Shown one piece after another: positions 24,098-38,420 of a stretch of 64,000 bases of DNA. A program made the translations under genes and the position numbers. The notes under the pieces were generated by a model. It made no database searches and was not told the origin of the DNA. It saw only the letters and a program-made list of their open reading frames with translations. This DNA is from an uncultured Gammaproteobacteria bacterium (lineage in GTDB: Bacteria; Pseudomonadota; Gammaproteobacteria; Steroidobacterales; Steroidobacteraceae), in NCBI GenBank assembly GCA_963706895.1, contig CAVPNV010000009.1, positions 116,056 through 180,055 on the forward strand. Direction: 5' to 3'. Each line of letters begins with the position of its first letter. Positions within the stretch are counted from its first letter, which is position 1.

Positions 24098-25293
24098 ATG
24101 ACAATGCCGCTGCCGATCTACCTCGACTATGCCGCGACCGCGCCGCTGGATGGCCGCGTCGCAGCGATCATGGCCGAATGCCTTGCGGATCCGGCGATGC
24201 AGGCGAACCCGTCCTCCACCCACAGCGCCGGCGCGCGCAGTGGCCGTCGCAGATCGCAGCTTTCTCGCGTCCAGGTCGCCCGCCTCGTCAATGCGCCGCC
24301 CGAGTCGATCGTCTTCACTTCGGGTGCGACCGAGAGCGTCAATCTCGCGATCCTCGGCGCTGCGCGTGCGGCGGGTGCCACGGCGCGTCACATCGTCACC
24401 TCGCGGATCGAGCATCGCGCGGGACTCGACGCCTGTCGTGAGCTCGAGCGCGAGGGCTTTGCACGTGACCTGGCTGCGCGCCGTCGCCCGAGGGGCGAAT
24501 CGATGCGGCAGCAGGTCGCCGAGGCGCTGCGCGCGGATACGGCGCTCGTCTCCCTGATGCACGCGAACAACGAGACCGGCGTGCTGACGGACATCGACGC
24601 GGTAGCGGCGCTGTGCCGCGAGCGCGGGATCCTTTTCCACGCTGACGCCGCGCAGAGCGCGGGCAAGGTTGCCGATCGACGTCGAATCCTCGGGCATCGC
24701 GTTGCTGAGCTTTTGCGCGCACAAGCTCGGCGGACCGAAGGGCGTCGGGGCGCTCTATGTCCGCCGGCGACCGCGGCCCGGCGCTGCATCCGCTCCAGTT
24801 CGGCGGCGGGCACGAGCGCGGGCTGCGCTCCGGCACGCTCGCCCAGCACCAGCTGATCGGTTTCGGCGCTGCCTGCATGCTTGCGAGTGCGGCACTCGGC
24901 GAGGAATCCGCGCGCGTTCGGACGCTTCGCGAACGGTTGTGGGATGCGCTCCAGGCCGCGGCGCCGCTCTGGCGCAACGGCGCAGCCGATCCTTCGGTAC
25001 CCGGGATACTCAATGTCGGCTTCGCCGGTGTCGAGGGCGAAAGCCTCTTGCTTGAGCTGGACGGCAGGATTGCCGTGTCGAGCGGATCCGCCTGCAGCTC
25101 GGCCACGAGCGAGCCCTCGTACGTGCTGCGCGCACTCGGTCGCTCGGACGAAGCCATCCAGGCCTCGCTGCGCCTGAGCCTCGGCCGCGCCACGACGGCC
25201 GATGACGTCGACCGGGCGGCGGAAATCCTGATCCGGGCCGTCGCGCGCCTTCGTGCCGCGCTGCCGGCCGGCGCGCTGGAACGGATCGCATGA
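24098..25293 (+). CDS. iscS: Cysteine desulfurase (IscS/NifS class). About 2 frame shifts, near 24670 and 24760.
   Basis: [47 protein letters not shown] (PLP lysine), catalytic loop [21 protein letters not shown]. Confidence 0.85.
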
Positions 25294-25681
25294 ACGCGGC
25301 GGCCTCGCGCTACTCGGCAAGGGTTCTCGAATTGTTTGCGGAGTTGCCCGGGGCCGGTTCGATGGCAGCCGGCGCCGGCGAGATCGTGGTCGGGGAGGCC
25401 ATGGCTCTCGATCGCGGTGCCTGGGTCCGGTTTGAGGCACGCCTCGACGGACGGCCGAATCGCGGAATGCCGTTTTCGCGCGTGGGGATGCCCGCATACG
25501 CTCGCGGCGGCGGCTCTCGTGGCGACGAAACTGGGGTCACGTCCGCAATCGCGCGCCGCGCGTGATTGACGCCTCGGAGCTCGCCCGGGAACTCGGGGCG
25601 CCGGCCGAAAAAATGGGCCGATTTCTGGTGGTCGAGGATGCGCTTCGCGCACTGTTGGCTCACGAGCGTCGGGTACAATAG
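25290..25681 (+). CDS. IscU/NifU-N-like protein that keeps only one of the three scaffold cysteines. About 2 frame shifts.
   Basis: Its position between the desulfurase gene and iscA. YSARVLELF..., then RIAECRFRAWGCPHTLAAAALV (compare IscU FKTYGCGSAIASSS), then IDASELARELGAPAEKMGRFLVVEDALRALLA... ending with a stop at 25679-25681. Confidence 0.6.
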
Positions 25682-25690
25682 GGGTCCTGA

Positions 25691-26014
25691 ATGGCCATCA
25701 CGCTCACTGCCGCAGCCGCTGACCGCGTACGCCACTTTCTGTCCGAGCGCGGGCACGGGGTCGGGCTCAGGCTCGGCGTGCGCAAGACCGGCTGCTCGGG
25801 TTTCGCGTACGTCGTCAACTACGCGGATGCCGTAGAGCCGGGCGACAAGGTCTTCGACAGCCAGGGAGTGCGCGTGCTCGTTGATGCGCGGCAGCCTTGG
25901 ACTGATCGACGGCACCGAGGTCGATTTCGTGCGCCAGGGGCTCAACGAGGCATTCCGATTCCGGAACCCGAACGTACGCGGCGAGTGCGGCTGCGGCGAA
26001 AGCTTCAGCGTCTG
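25691..26014 (+). CDS. iscA: Iron-sulfur cluster insertion protein, IscA/ErpA family. One frame shift near 25890.
   Basis: [17 protein letters not shown]...[16 protein letters not shown]. After the shift: ...[36 protein letters not shown]. Confidence 0.85.
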
Positions 26015-26123
26015 ATTTTTCCTTTCAGGACGGGCACTTCCGCGTTCGGCGCAATTGCCGGGGAACGTCCGCAAAGGCTAGAATAGGCGGCTTGATTCGC
26101 CGCCCCCGCAGACTGAGGATCCC

Positions 26124-26555
26124 ATGGCGCTCGAGAGAACCCTGTCCATCGTCAAGCCCGACGGCGTGGCCCGAAACCTGGTCGGCAACGTCTATCAACG
26201 CTTCGAAAAGGCCGGACTGTGCATCGTGGGTGCGCGCATGCTGCAACTGACCCAGCGCCAGGCCGAAGGGTTCTATGCCGTTCACCGCGAGAGGCCGTTC
26301 TTCCGCGATCTGTGCGCCTACATGACATCCGGACCGGTCATGGTCCAGGTGCTCGAGGGCGAGTCGGCCGTCGCTCGCCACCGCGAGATCATGGGTGCGA
26401 CGGACCCGAAGAAAGCCGCGCCCGGCACGATCCGCGCGGATCTCGCGACGAGCATCGAGGAAAACGTCGTGCACGGCTCCGACAGCGCCGAGAATGCGGC
26501 GCGCGAGATCGCGTACTTCTTCCCGGAAACTGCGCTTTGCCCGCGCACGCGCTGA
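26124..26555 (+). CDS. ndk: Nucleoside diphosphate kinase, intact.
   Basis: 143-aa [18 protein letters not shown]...GTIRADLA...NVVHGSDS. Confidence 0.95.
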   Translation: MALERTLSIVKPDGVARNLVGNVYQRFEKAGLCIVGARMLQLTQRQAEGFYAVHRERPFFRDLCAYMTSGPVMVQVLEGESAVARHREIMGATDPKKAAPGTIRADLATSIEENVVHGSDSAENAAREIAYFFPETALCPRTR

Positions 26556-26568
26556 TATTCCCAAGAAA

Positions 26569-27692
26569 ATGACTGAAGCCGCCGAACGAACGAACCTGCT
26601 CGGGATGACCCGGGCCGAGCTCGAGGCTTTCGTCGGCGGGTTCGGGGCGAAGCCCTATCGCGCGCGCCAGTTGCTCAAGTGGATCTACCGCCGCGGCGAG
26701 GCCGACTTCTCGCGCATGACCGACCTGGCGAAGGACTTTCGCGCGGAGCTTGCGACGCGCGCCGAGATCCGCGTGCCGGAGATCGTCGCTGCGAAGACCG
26801 CGTCCGACGGCACGCGCAAGTGGCTCCTCAGGATGCCCGGCGCCTCCGGGAACGAGCAGGTCATCGAGACCGTATTCATTCCCGGAGCCCGGCCGCGGAA
26901 CGCTGTGCATCTCGAGCCAGATCGGCTGCGCGCTCGATTGCTCCTTCTGCGCGACCGGCGCCCAGGGTTTCAACCGCAACCTGACGGCGGCGGAGATCAT
27001 CGGGCAGGTCTGGCTCGCGAACCGCGAGATCGGGCTATGACCCGGGCGGCGAGCGCATCGTCACGAATGTCGTCCTGATGGGCATGGGCGAGCCGCTCGC
27101 CAACTACCGGAACGTCCTGCCCGCGATTCAGCTGATGCTGGACGACCTCGGCTACGACCTCTCGCGGAGGCGCGTGACGCTCTCGACCTCGGGACTCGTG
27201 CCGCAGATCTACCGCCTTGCCGAGGAGTGCAATGTCGCGCTGGCAGTGTCGCTGCACGCGCCCAACGATCGACTGCGCAACGAGCTCGTACCGATCAACC
27301 GCAAGCACCCGATCGCGGAGCTGCTCGCCGCGTGCTGGCATTACCTCGAACGGCAGAACGGCCGCAACGTGACGTTCGAGTACACGATGCTGGACGGAGT
27401 CAACGACCGTCCAGAGCAGGCGCGGGAACTCGCGAGGCTGCTGCGGGGCCATCAGGCCAAGGTCAATCTCATTCCGTTCAACACTTTTCCGGGCACCCAG
27501 TACAAGCGCTCACCCGCCGAGTCGATCCGGCGATTTCGCGAATTGCTGGTGCAGGGAGGCGTCATGGCGACAGTGCGCAAGACCCGCGGCGACGACATCG
27601 ATGCGGCCTGCGGCCAGCTTCGGGGGCAGGTGATGGACCGCACGCAGGTGCGCCTCGGCAGCAAGCTCTTCGGCGTCGCGGTGCGGGCATGA
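26569..27692 (+). CDS. rlmN: 23S rRNA/tRNA (adenine-C2)-methyltransferase RlmN (radical SAM). About 2 frame shifts.
   Basis: [21 protein letters not shown]...[11 protein letters not shown]. Radical-SAM [17 protein letters not shown] (ORF 26750..27040). MGMGEPLAN...[11 protein letters not shown] (ORF 27078..27692). Confidence 0.9.
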
Positions 27693-28451
27693 TCTTTCGG
27701 GCAGCCGTACTCGCGCTTGCGCTCGGGTTCGCCGCGCAGGCCGGCGCACAGAGCCAGGCCCCGCCGGACCCGATCCTCGAGGCAGGCAAGATCAATGCGC
27801 GGCTCGCGATGGAGTACCTGAAGCGGGACCAGCTCCAGGTCGCGCAGGAAAAGATCGAGAAAGCCCTGCAGCAGAATCCGAAGGACGTGAACGTCCAGCT
27901 CTCGGCCGGCCTCGTCTACGAGCGCCTGCACGAAATGAAGCTGGCGGAAAAGCATTTCAGGCTGGCGCTGCGTGCAAGTCCGGACAGCCCCGAGGCGCAG
28001 AATGCGCTCGGCGCCTTCTTCTGCCGCAACAAGCAGCAGGCCAAGGGCGAGGAGATGTTCCTGAAGGCCGCGGCCAACCAGCTGTATCGCACGCCGTTCG
28101 TCGCCTACACGAACGCGGGCGTGTGCGCCCGCAGCGCCGGCAACCTCGAGCAGGCGGAGCGCTACCTGCGCCAGGCACTGACCTCGCAGGTCGACTATCC
28201 TGAAACCTACGCGCAGCTTGCGGGCGTCCTGCACGATCGGGGCAATAACCTGCAGGCGCGGGCATTCGTCGAGCCGCTTCCTCGCAGTTGCGCCTGCGAC
28301 GCCCGACATGCTGCTGCTCGGGCACAACATCGAGGTCGCGCTCAAGGACGAGGGCGCCGCGACGGCGTTCAGGGAGCGGCTGACGAAGGAATTCCCGGAT
28401 TCCGAGCAGGCACGCGCCGTCGAAGACCTGGCGAGCCGGAATCGCGGATGA
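27689..28451 (+). CDS. pilW: TPR-repeat protein, PilW/PilF-like (type IV pilus biogenesis/stability). One frame shift near 28270.
   Basis: The ATG overlaps the rlmN stop (ATGA). Signal peptide [20 protein letters not shown], with no lipobox Cys. TPR-like repeats ([38 protein letters not shown]). The conserved position after rlmN supports the call. Confidence 0.6.
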
Positions 28452-28838
28452 GTGCAAGGCCGGGCGGCGCCTCGCCGGGCGTGCGGCTGCGTAGCGCGCG
28501 CGAAGCGCTGCGGCCTTTCGATCGAAGAAGTCGCGGACCGGCTGCGGCTGAACGTGGCGCTCGTGCTGGCAATGGAGGAGGACCGGCTCGGCCTGCTCGG
28601 CGCCCCGGTCTTCGCGCGCGGGCACCTGCAAGAACTATGCGGCTCTCGTCGGCGCACCGGAGCGGGAAATCATGGCCGCTTGCGACGCTCGGCGACGTGC
28701 CGGAGCCGACATTCCTGCCTGCGCTCGATCGCACGCCGATGGCGCGGCCCCGCATGCGACGCGCGTGGATCGCGGGCCTGGCGGTCCGTTGCCGTCGCTG
28801 CCGCCGCCGCGGTCGCATGGTGGATTACCCGCGCCTAG
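28448..28838 (+). CDS. rodZ: Short RodZ-like HTH membrane protein (HTH + TM only). About 2 frame shifts.
   Basis: The ATG overlaps the pilW stop. LRSAREA.. then [39 protein letters not shown] and a C-terminal hydrophobic stretch ...[15 protein letters not shown]. Its position between pilW and hisS matches rodZ. Confidence 0.5.
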
Positions 28839-28841
28839 CCC

Positions 28842-30151
28842 GTGGAACGCGAAACTCCAGGCCATTCGCGGCATGAACGACCTGCTCGCCGACCAGCTGC
28901 CGTACTGGCAGCGGGTCGAGGCTGCGGCGCGCGAACTTTTCGCGGATTACGGTTACCGCGAAATGCGCGTGCCGCTGCTCGAGCACGCCGAACTCTTCCA
29001 GCGCTCGATCGGCGAGCACACCGACATCGTCGAGAAGGAGATGTACAGCTTCGAGGACCGCGGCGGTGACCGGCTGAGCCTGCGCCCGGAGGCGACAGCC
29101 GGCCTCGTCCGTGCCGCGATCGAGCACGGACTGCTGCACAACCAGAAGCAGCGGCTATGGACCGCGGGCGCGATGTTCCGCCACGAGCGGCCCCAGCAGG
29201 GACGCTACCGCCAGTTTCACCAGATCGATTGCGAGGCCTTCGGCTATCCGGGACCGGACATCGACGCCGAGGTCATCCAGATATCGGCACGCCTCTGGCG
29301 CAAGCTCGGCATCCAGGACGTCCGCCTTCACGTGAACTCGCTCGGCACGCCGGAATCCAGGAAGCGCTACCGGGCGGTGCTGGTCGAATATTTTTCCGGC
29401 CGCCGCGCGCGAACTCGACGCCGACAGCTTGCGCAGGCTCGAGTCGAATCCGCTGCGCATCCTGGATTCCAAGAATCCGTCGATGCGCGGGGTGATCGAA
29501 TCGCGCTCCGCGGCTCATCGATCACATGGACGCCGACTCGCGCCGCCATTTCGACAGGTTCCTCGAGCTGCTGGCGGGATCCGGAATCGCGGCGGATGTC
29601 GATCCGCGGCTCGTGCGCGGGCTCGACTACTACACGCGGACGGTCTTCGAGTGGCGGTCACGACCGCGCTCGGCTCGCAGGATGCCGTCTGCTCCGGCGG
29701 CCGCTATGATGACCTTGTCGAGCAGCTGGGCGGGGCGCCGACCCCGGCGATCGGGTGGGCCCTCGGCATCGAGCGCATTGTCAGCCTGATGCAGGCCGCA
29801 GGCCTCGGCGCAGCCGAGGCCGTCCCGGCGGTCTACCTGGTCATGTCGGGAGAGCGCGCGGAGATCGCAGGGCTCGCCCTCGCGGAACGCCTGCGCGATG
29901 CGCTTCCGGGACTGGGCGTTCTCTCGAACATGGAAGGCGGCAGCTTCAAGGCGCAGCTGAAGCGGGCGGACAAGAGCGGCGCCACAATCGCACTCATCCT
30001 CGGTGACGAGGAGGTGGAGCGCGGGGTCGCCGCCGTGAAATGGCTGCGCGCAGAGGCTGCCCAGCAGGAATGTTCCTGGGACGAATTGCCGCGACGGCTT
30101 GCCGCGCACTTGAGTCCAGGAGAGACGTCAGGAAATCACGATGGTCGATGA
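28842..30151 (+). CDS. hisS: Histidine--tRNA ligase HisS. At least 4 frame shifts; the start codon is uncertain.
   Basis: [46 protein letters not shown] (motif 2), [25 protein letters not shown] (motif 3), then the anticodon-binding domain to ...AAHL. A GTG at 28842 lies one frame off the body. Confidence 0.85.
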
Positions 30152-30806
30152 GTATCTGTCGGAACGGGAGCAGGCCGAGCAGCTGAGGAACTGGCTGCGC
30201 GAGAACTGGATCTGGCTGGTTGCCGGTGTCGCATTGACGCTTGGCGGTTACTTTGGCTTTCGCTGGTGGGAGTCGCGGGAGGCATCGCGCTCGATCGAGG
30301 CTGGCGAGCGCTTCGCCGCCATGCTCGATGCGATTGGCGCGAGGCAAGCGCGAGGAAGGTCAGCGCATCGCCGGCGAGTTGACCGGACGAATACGCGGAC
30401 ACGCCGTATGCCGACCAGGCGACGCTCGTGCTCGCCGGATCGAGGTCGATTCGGGCGATCTCGCGAGCGCCGGGACGAGACTCGCAAGGGTCGCGCAGGA
30501 ATCCGAGGACCCGGACCTCGGGTCGTGGCGCGCCTGCGCCTCGCGCGCGTCCAGCTTGCCGCAAGGCCGCTATGACGATGCGCTCAAGTCGCTCGACGCG
30601 GTCTCGACGCCATCCGTCGATGTCCGCGTGCTCGAGTTGCAGCGGCGACGTAGGGCTTGCGCAAGGCAGACAAGGCGGCGGCGCTCGATAACTGGCGCAA
30701 GGCCGCGGCGGCGGCGGCGGCAGACCCCGAAGCCGGGGCGCAGGTCGACGCGGAACTTCTCCAGCTCAAGATCGACGAACTGGGCGCGACTCAGGCGACG
30801 GAGTAG
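30141..30806 (+). CDS. yfgM: YfgM-like membrane-anchored TPR protein. At least 3 frame shifts.
   Basis: [43 protein letters not shown] (N-terminal anchor typical of YfgM). The periplasmic part is spread over three frames and ends ...LQLKIDELGATQATE*. Conserved hisS-yfgM-bamB-der order. Confidence 0.6.
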
Positions 30807-30809
30807 GTC

Positions 30810-31974
30810 ATGGCGATGAAACGAATCATGGCGGCGGCGGCAATCGCGATCCTGGCCACGGCCTGCAGCAAGGAAGACGATGTCGTGCCACCTGCGGAAC
30901 TGGTGGATTTCGATCCGGCCGTGAGCATCGACCGGGTCTGGAGCGCCGGGACCAAGGGCGGCGACGACGTGCTGCGCCTCGGGCTTGCGGCCGGTCGTCG
31001 AGGGCGAGCGCGCCTATGTCGCGGGTCATGGCGGCGACGTCCATGCGATCGAGCTCGCGACGGGGCGGGATCATCTGGCGTGCGTCCACGGAACTCGAGT
31101 TGTCGCGGCGGACCGTCCGTCGGCGAAGGCATCGTCGTCGTCGGCAGCTCGGGTGGCGAACTGATCGCGCTCGATGCGGAGACGGGAGCGAAGCGCTGGC
31201 AGGTCGCCACCGGCGGCGAGGTGCTGACTGCACCGACGGTGGCGAGCGGGATCGTCGTCGTGCGCACGGTGGACGGCCGCCTGCGCGGCCTGCGCGTCGA
31301 GAACGGCAGTCGAGGCCTGGAATTACGAGCAACCGGTGCCCGCGCCTCACGCTGCGCGGGAACGGCGCGCCGGTCGTTGACGGCGACATGGTGATTGCCG
31401 GACTCGACAACGGCAAGGTCGTCGCGCTGTCGCTCGCGACGGGAGAACTGCTCTGGACGACGACCGTCGCGCCATCGCACGGTCGCACCGAGATCGAGCG
31501 CCTGGTAGACATCGATTCGCCCGTGCGCGTCATCGGCGACGACGTTTTCGTCGTCGGGTACCAGGGACGCATCGCCATGCTCGCCCGCGACACGGGCCAG
31601 CTCTGGTGGGGACGCGACCTCTCGAGCCATCGCGGGCTCGCCGTGGACAGCGACACGCTCTACGTGACGGCCGCCGACAGCACGCGTGGTGGCCCTCCGC
31701 AGGCGCGACGGCACGCCGGTGTGGACCCAGGACGCGATGCTGCGCCGCTCGCTCACCGGCCCCGGTACTCGTCAGGCGATACGCTGGTGGTCGGCGACTT
31801 CGAGGGCTACCTGCACTGGCTCGACGTCGCGACCGGCCAGATGCTCGCGCGCGGCAAGACAGGCGGCGGACGGCATGAGCAACGCGCCCGTCGCGGCAGG
31901 CGACCTGCTGCTGCTGCAGACCGATTCCGGCGAAGTCCAGGCCTGGCGCGCCGCAGCCGCGCGGCGCCGGCTGA
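30810..31974 (+). CDS. bamB: Outer membrane protein assembly factor BamB (PQQ-like beta-propeller lipoprotein). At least 5 frame shifts; the 3' end is approximate.
   Basis: Lipobox AILATAC. Repeats such as DGDMVIAGLDNGKVVALSLATGELLW, VFVVGYQGRIAMLARDTGQLWW, TLVVGDFEGYLHWLDVATGQMLA, GDLLLLQTDSGEVQAWR. Confidence 0.8.
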
Positions 31975-31995
31975 TCCCGGACCGGGACGCATGCC

Positions 31996-33399
31996 ATGCT
32001 TCCCGTCGTCGCCCTCGTCGGCCGGCCGAATGTCGGCAAGTCGACGCTGTTCAATGCGCTGACCGGCACGCGCGACGCTCTCGTCGCCGACATTCCCGGG
32101 CCTCACGCGCGACCGCAAGTACGGTTACGGCCGAGAGCGAGCCGCACCAATACATCGTCGTCGACACCGGCGGCCTCGTCGAGACGCCGCGCGGCGTGCT
32201 CGAGCTCATGGCGCGGCAGACGGCGCGCGCCATCGAGGAGGCCGACCGCATCGTGTTCCTGGTCGACGGACAGAACGGCCTCGACGCTGCGGACCGCTTC
32301 GTCGCCGACGTGCTGCGCAGGAGCGGCAAGCCCGTCACGGTCGCGGTCAACAAGAGCGAGGACCGCGACGCGGGCGTCGTCACCGCGGAGTTTCACTGCA
32401 TTCGGCTTCGGCGAACCGCTCGCGATATCCGCGGCCCACCGCCAGGGCATCGACGATCTCATGGAACGCACGTCTGGCGGGCATCGAACCCGCGGCTGTC
32501 GATACTGCCGCAGCAACCGGAGCGCGCGATCCGCGTCTGCGTCATCGGACGGCCGAACGTCGGCAAGTCGACGCTCGATCAATCGCCTGGTCGGCGAGGA
32601 GCGGCGTGATCACTTTCGACGAGCCGGGCACGACGCGCGACGCCGTGCAAGTGCCCGTTCGAGCGCGACGGCGCCGCTACGTGCTGATCGACACGGCGGG
32701 CGTGCGGCGCCGGGCGCGCGTCGAGGAGGAGCTCGAGAAGTGGAGCGTCGTCAAGACGCTGCAGGCGGTCGAGGACGCCCACGTCGTGATCGGCGTCGTC
32801 GATGCGCGTCGAAACCGTCGCCGAGCAGGACGCGACGCTGTTCGGCCTCGCGGCCGAGCGCGGCCGCGCGCTCGTCGTCGCCGTCAACAAGTGGGACCAC
32901 GTCGAGCCCGGCCAGCGCGAGGAGATCCGCGACCAGCTCGCCGCAGCGGCTGCGCTTCCTCGATTTCGCGCCCGTCCACTACATCTCGGCGCTGCACGGC
33001 AGCGGCGTCGGCGAATCTGATGGACGCCGTGCGCGCGGCCTATGCGGCGGCGATGCGCGAGATGCCGACGCCGGAGCTGACGCGCGTCCTCGAGGCGGCG
33101 ATCCGGCAGCACCAGCCGCCGCTCGTGCGAGGCCGGCGGATCCGGCTGCGCTACGCGCACCAGGGCGGTCGCAACCCGCCCGTCATCGTCGATTCACGGG
33201 GCCCAGGCGGAGCGCACGCCGGAGGACTACCGGCGCTACCTGATGAACTGCTTCCGCGAGGCGTTCCGCCTCAAGGGTACGCCCGTGCGCGTCGACTTCC
33301 GCAGCGAGGACAACCCGTTCGCGGGTCGGCGCGACAAGCTGACGCCGCGCCAGCGGCGCACGCGCGCAGCGCGACGACGCGCCGCTCGGGCAGCGCTGA
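31996..33399 (+). CDS. der: Ribosome-associated GTPase Der (EngA), with two G domains and a KH-like domain. At least 7 frame shifts.
   Basis: [32 protein letters not shown]. Second G domain [32 protein letters not shown]-terminus [17 protein letters not shown]...[28 protein letters not shown]. Confidence 0.85.
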
Positions 33400-33400
33400 G

Positions 33401-34790
33401 TCAGGCTTGCCGCCCGAGGACCCGCGCCCGCAGCGCGCCCGCGCGCGAGGCGGGCCTCGATGTCCGTCCCGGGCGGCGCCTCGGCCGGGTCGCGAAGCAC
33501 GGTGCCGTCCGCGGCGCGCGTGACGATCGCATAGCCGCGGCCGAGCGTCGCGAGCGGGCTCGTGGCTTGGAGCGCCCGCGGCGCAGCCTGCAGCGCCCCC
33601 GTGCGAGCGCGAGGCCGTGCCCGACCGACGGGTGCAAGCCGCGCTCGCGGCGTGCGTTTGCGCTGGCGCAGAGCCGCGAGCCGGGACGCCGGCGAGCGGC
33701 CGCGCGAGTTCGGCGGCGCACGCGCAGCAGCCGTTCGCGGCGGCGCGGTGCTTTCCCGACGCATGGCGCGCGAGCGACGCGACCTGCAGCTCGTCGACGC
33801 CGCTGCATGCGCTCGCGCACCGCCTGGGCCGGGTGCAGGCGCGACCCAGCCGGCGGCCGCGTCCCGCGAGCACGTCGCCGCGCCGGCCGAGCGCGCGCAG
33901 TGCCGCCGCCGCAGCAGGCCGGCCGTCAGCGCGCCGAGCGGTCTCGCGCCAGGCCGCAGCGTCCGGGACCGCGAGTTCCGCGGCCGCGGAAGGCGTCGGT
34001 GCGCGCAGGTCCGCGACGAAGTCTGCGATCGTGAAATCGACCTCGTGGCCGATGCCGGTGATCAGCGGCAGGCCGAGCCCGGCGATCGCGCGCGCGAGCG
34101 CCTCGTCATTGAAGGCGAAGAGGTCCTCGAGCGACCCGCCGCCGCGCACCAGGAGCAGGACGTCGACTTCGCGGCGTCGGTCCGCGAGCGCGAGCATCGC
34201 CGCGATTTCGCGCGCGGCGCCCGCGCCCTGCACGGGCACGGGGTAGAGGAGCACCGGAACGCCGAGGAAGCGGCGGCGCAGCACGTGGAGCACGTCCCGG
34301 AGCGCGGCGCCGGTGGCCGACGTCACGATGCCAATGCGGCGCCGGGAAGCGGGGCAGGCGCGCGCTTGCGCGCGGCGTCGAACAGTCCTTCGGCCGCAAG
34401 CTTCTGCTTGAGCGCCTCGAATCGCCGCCGGAGCTCGCCTTCGCCCGCCTCCTCGAGGTGGTCGACGACCAGCTGGAATTCGCCGCGAGCCTCGTAGAGC
34501 CCGACGCGCGCGCGCATCAGCACCTGCATGCCGTCCCGCGGCGCGACCCGGACCGCAAGGTTGCGCTGGCGGAACATGGCGCAGCGCACCTGGGCGTCTT
34601 CGTCCTTGAGCGTGAAGTACCAGTGCCCGGACGCGGGGCGGGACAAGGTTCGAGAGCTCGCCCGGTGATCCACAGCGACGGCAGGCCCGCTTCCAGGAGG
34701 CCGCGCGCTTCGCGGTTCAGCCGGCTCACGCGTATAGATGTCGCGTCGCGGCTCGGCGGCCAGCCCGGATTCCTGCGAAAAGCTGGCCAT
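33401..34790 (-). CDS. xseA: Exodeoxyribonuclease VII large subunit XseA. At least 5 frame shifts.
   Basis: [24 protein letters not shown].., [86 protein letters not shown]. Confidence 0.85.
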
Positions 34791-34893
34791 GGGGCATGCT
34801 AAGCGAGCCGTTTGCAACTTCGCCACTTACAACCGGTGGCGCGGCATCGTACAATGCGCCGCTTCATTCGGACCGCCCCGGGGAATGCCGGAT

Positions 34894-37968
<3,075 letters not shown>

Positions 37969-37972
<4 letters not shown>

Positions 37973-38420
37973 GCCGTGACGAATCCTGGATGCGGCGCGC
38001 GCTCGAGCTCGCGGCGCGCGCCCAAGCCGAGGGCGAAGTGCCCGTCGGCGCGCTCGTCGTACGGGAGGATCCGTGCTGGGCGAAGGCTGGAATCGACCGA
38101 TCGCGGCCCATGATCCGACCGCCCATGCCGAGATCCTTGCGCTTCGCGATGCCGCGGCCGCTGGCGGGCGACTACCGGCTCGGCGGCGCGACACTCTACG
38201 TGACCCTCGAGCCCTGCCCGATGTGCGCGGCTGCCATGGCGCACGCGCGCATCGCGCGACTCGTCTTCGGTGCCTGGGATCCGCGGCAGGGCGCCGCGGG
38301 CAGCGCCTTCAACCTCGTGACCGCGACGCCGAAATGAATCACCGGATCGATTCATTCGGCGGCGTGCTGTCGGAGGAATGCGGGGCGCTACTTCGCGGAT
38401 TCTTCGCCGGGCGGCGCTGA
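37969..38420 (+). CDS. tadA: tRNA-specific adenosine deaminase TadA. About 2 frame shifts.
   Basis: The ATG overlaps the guaA stop. [45 protein letters not shown], end ...[13 protein letters not shown]. Confidence 0.85.
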
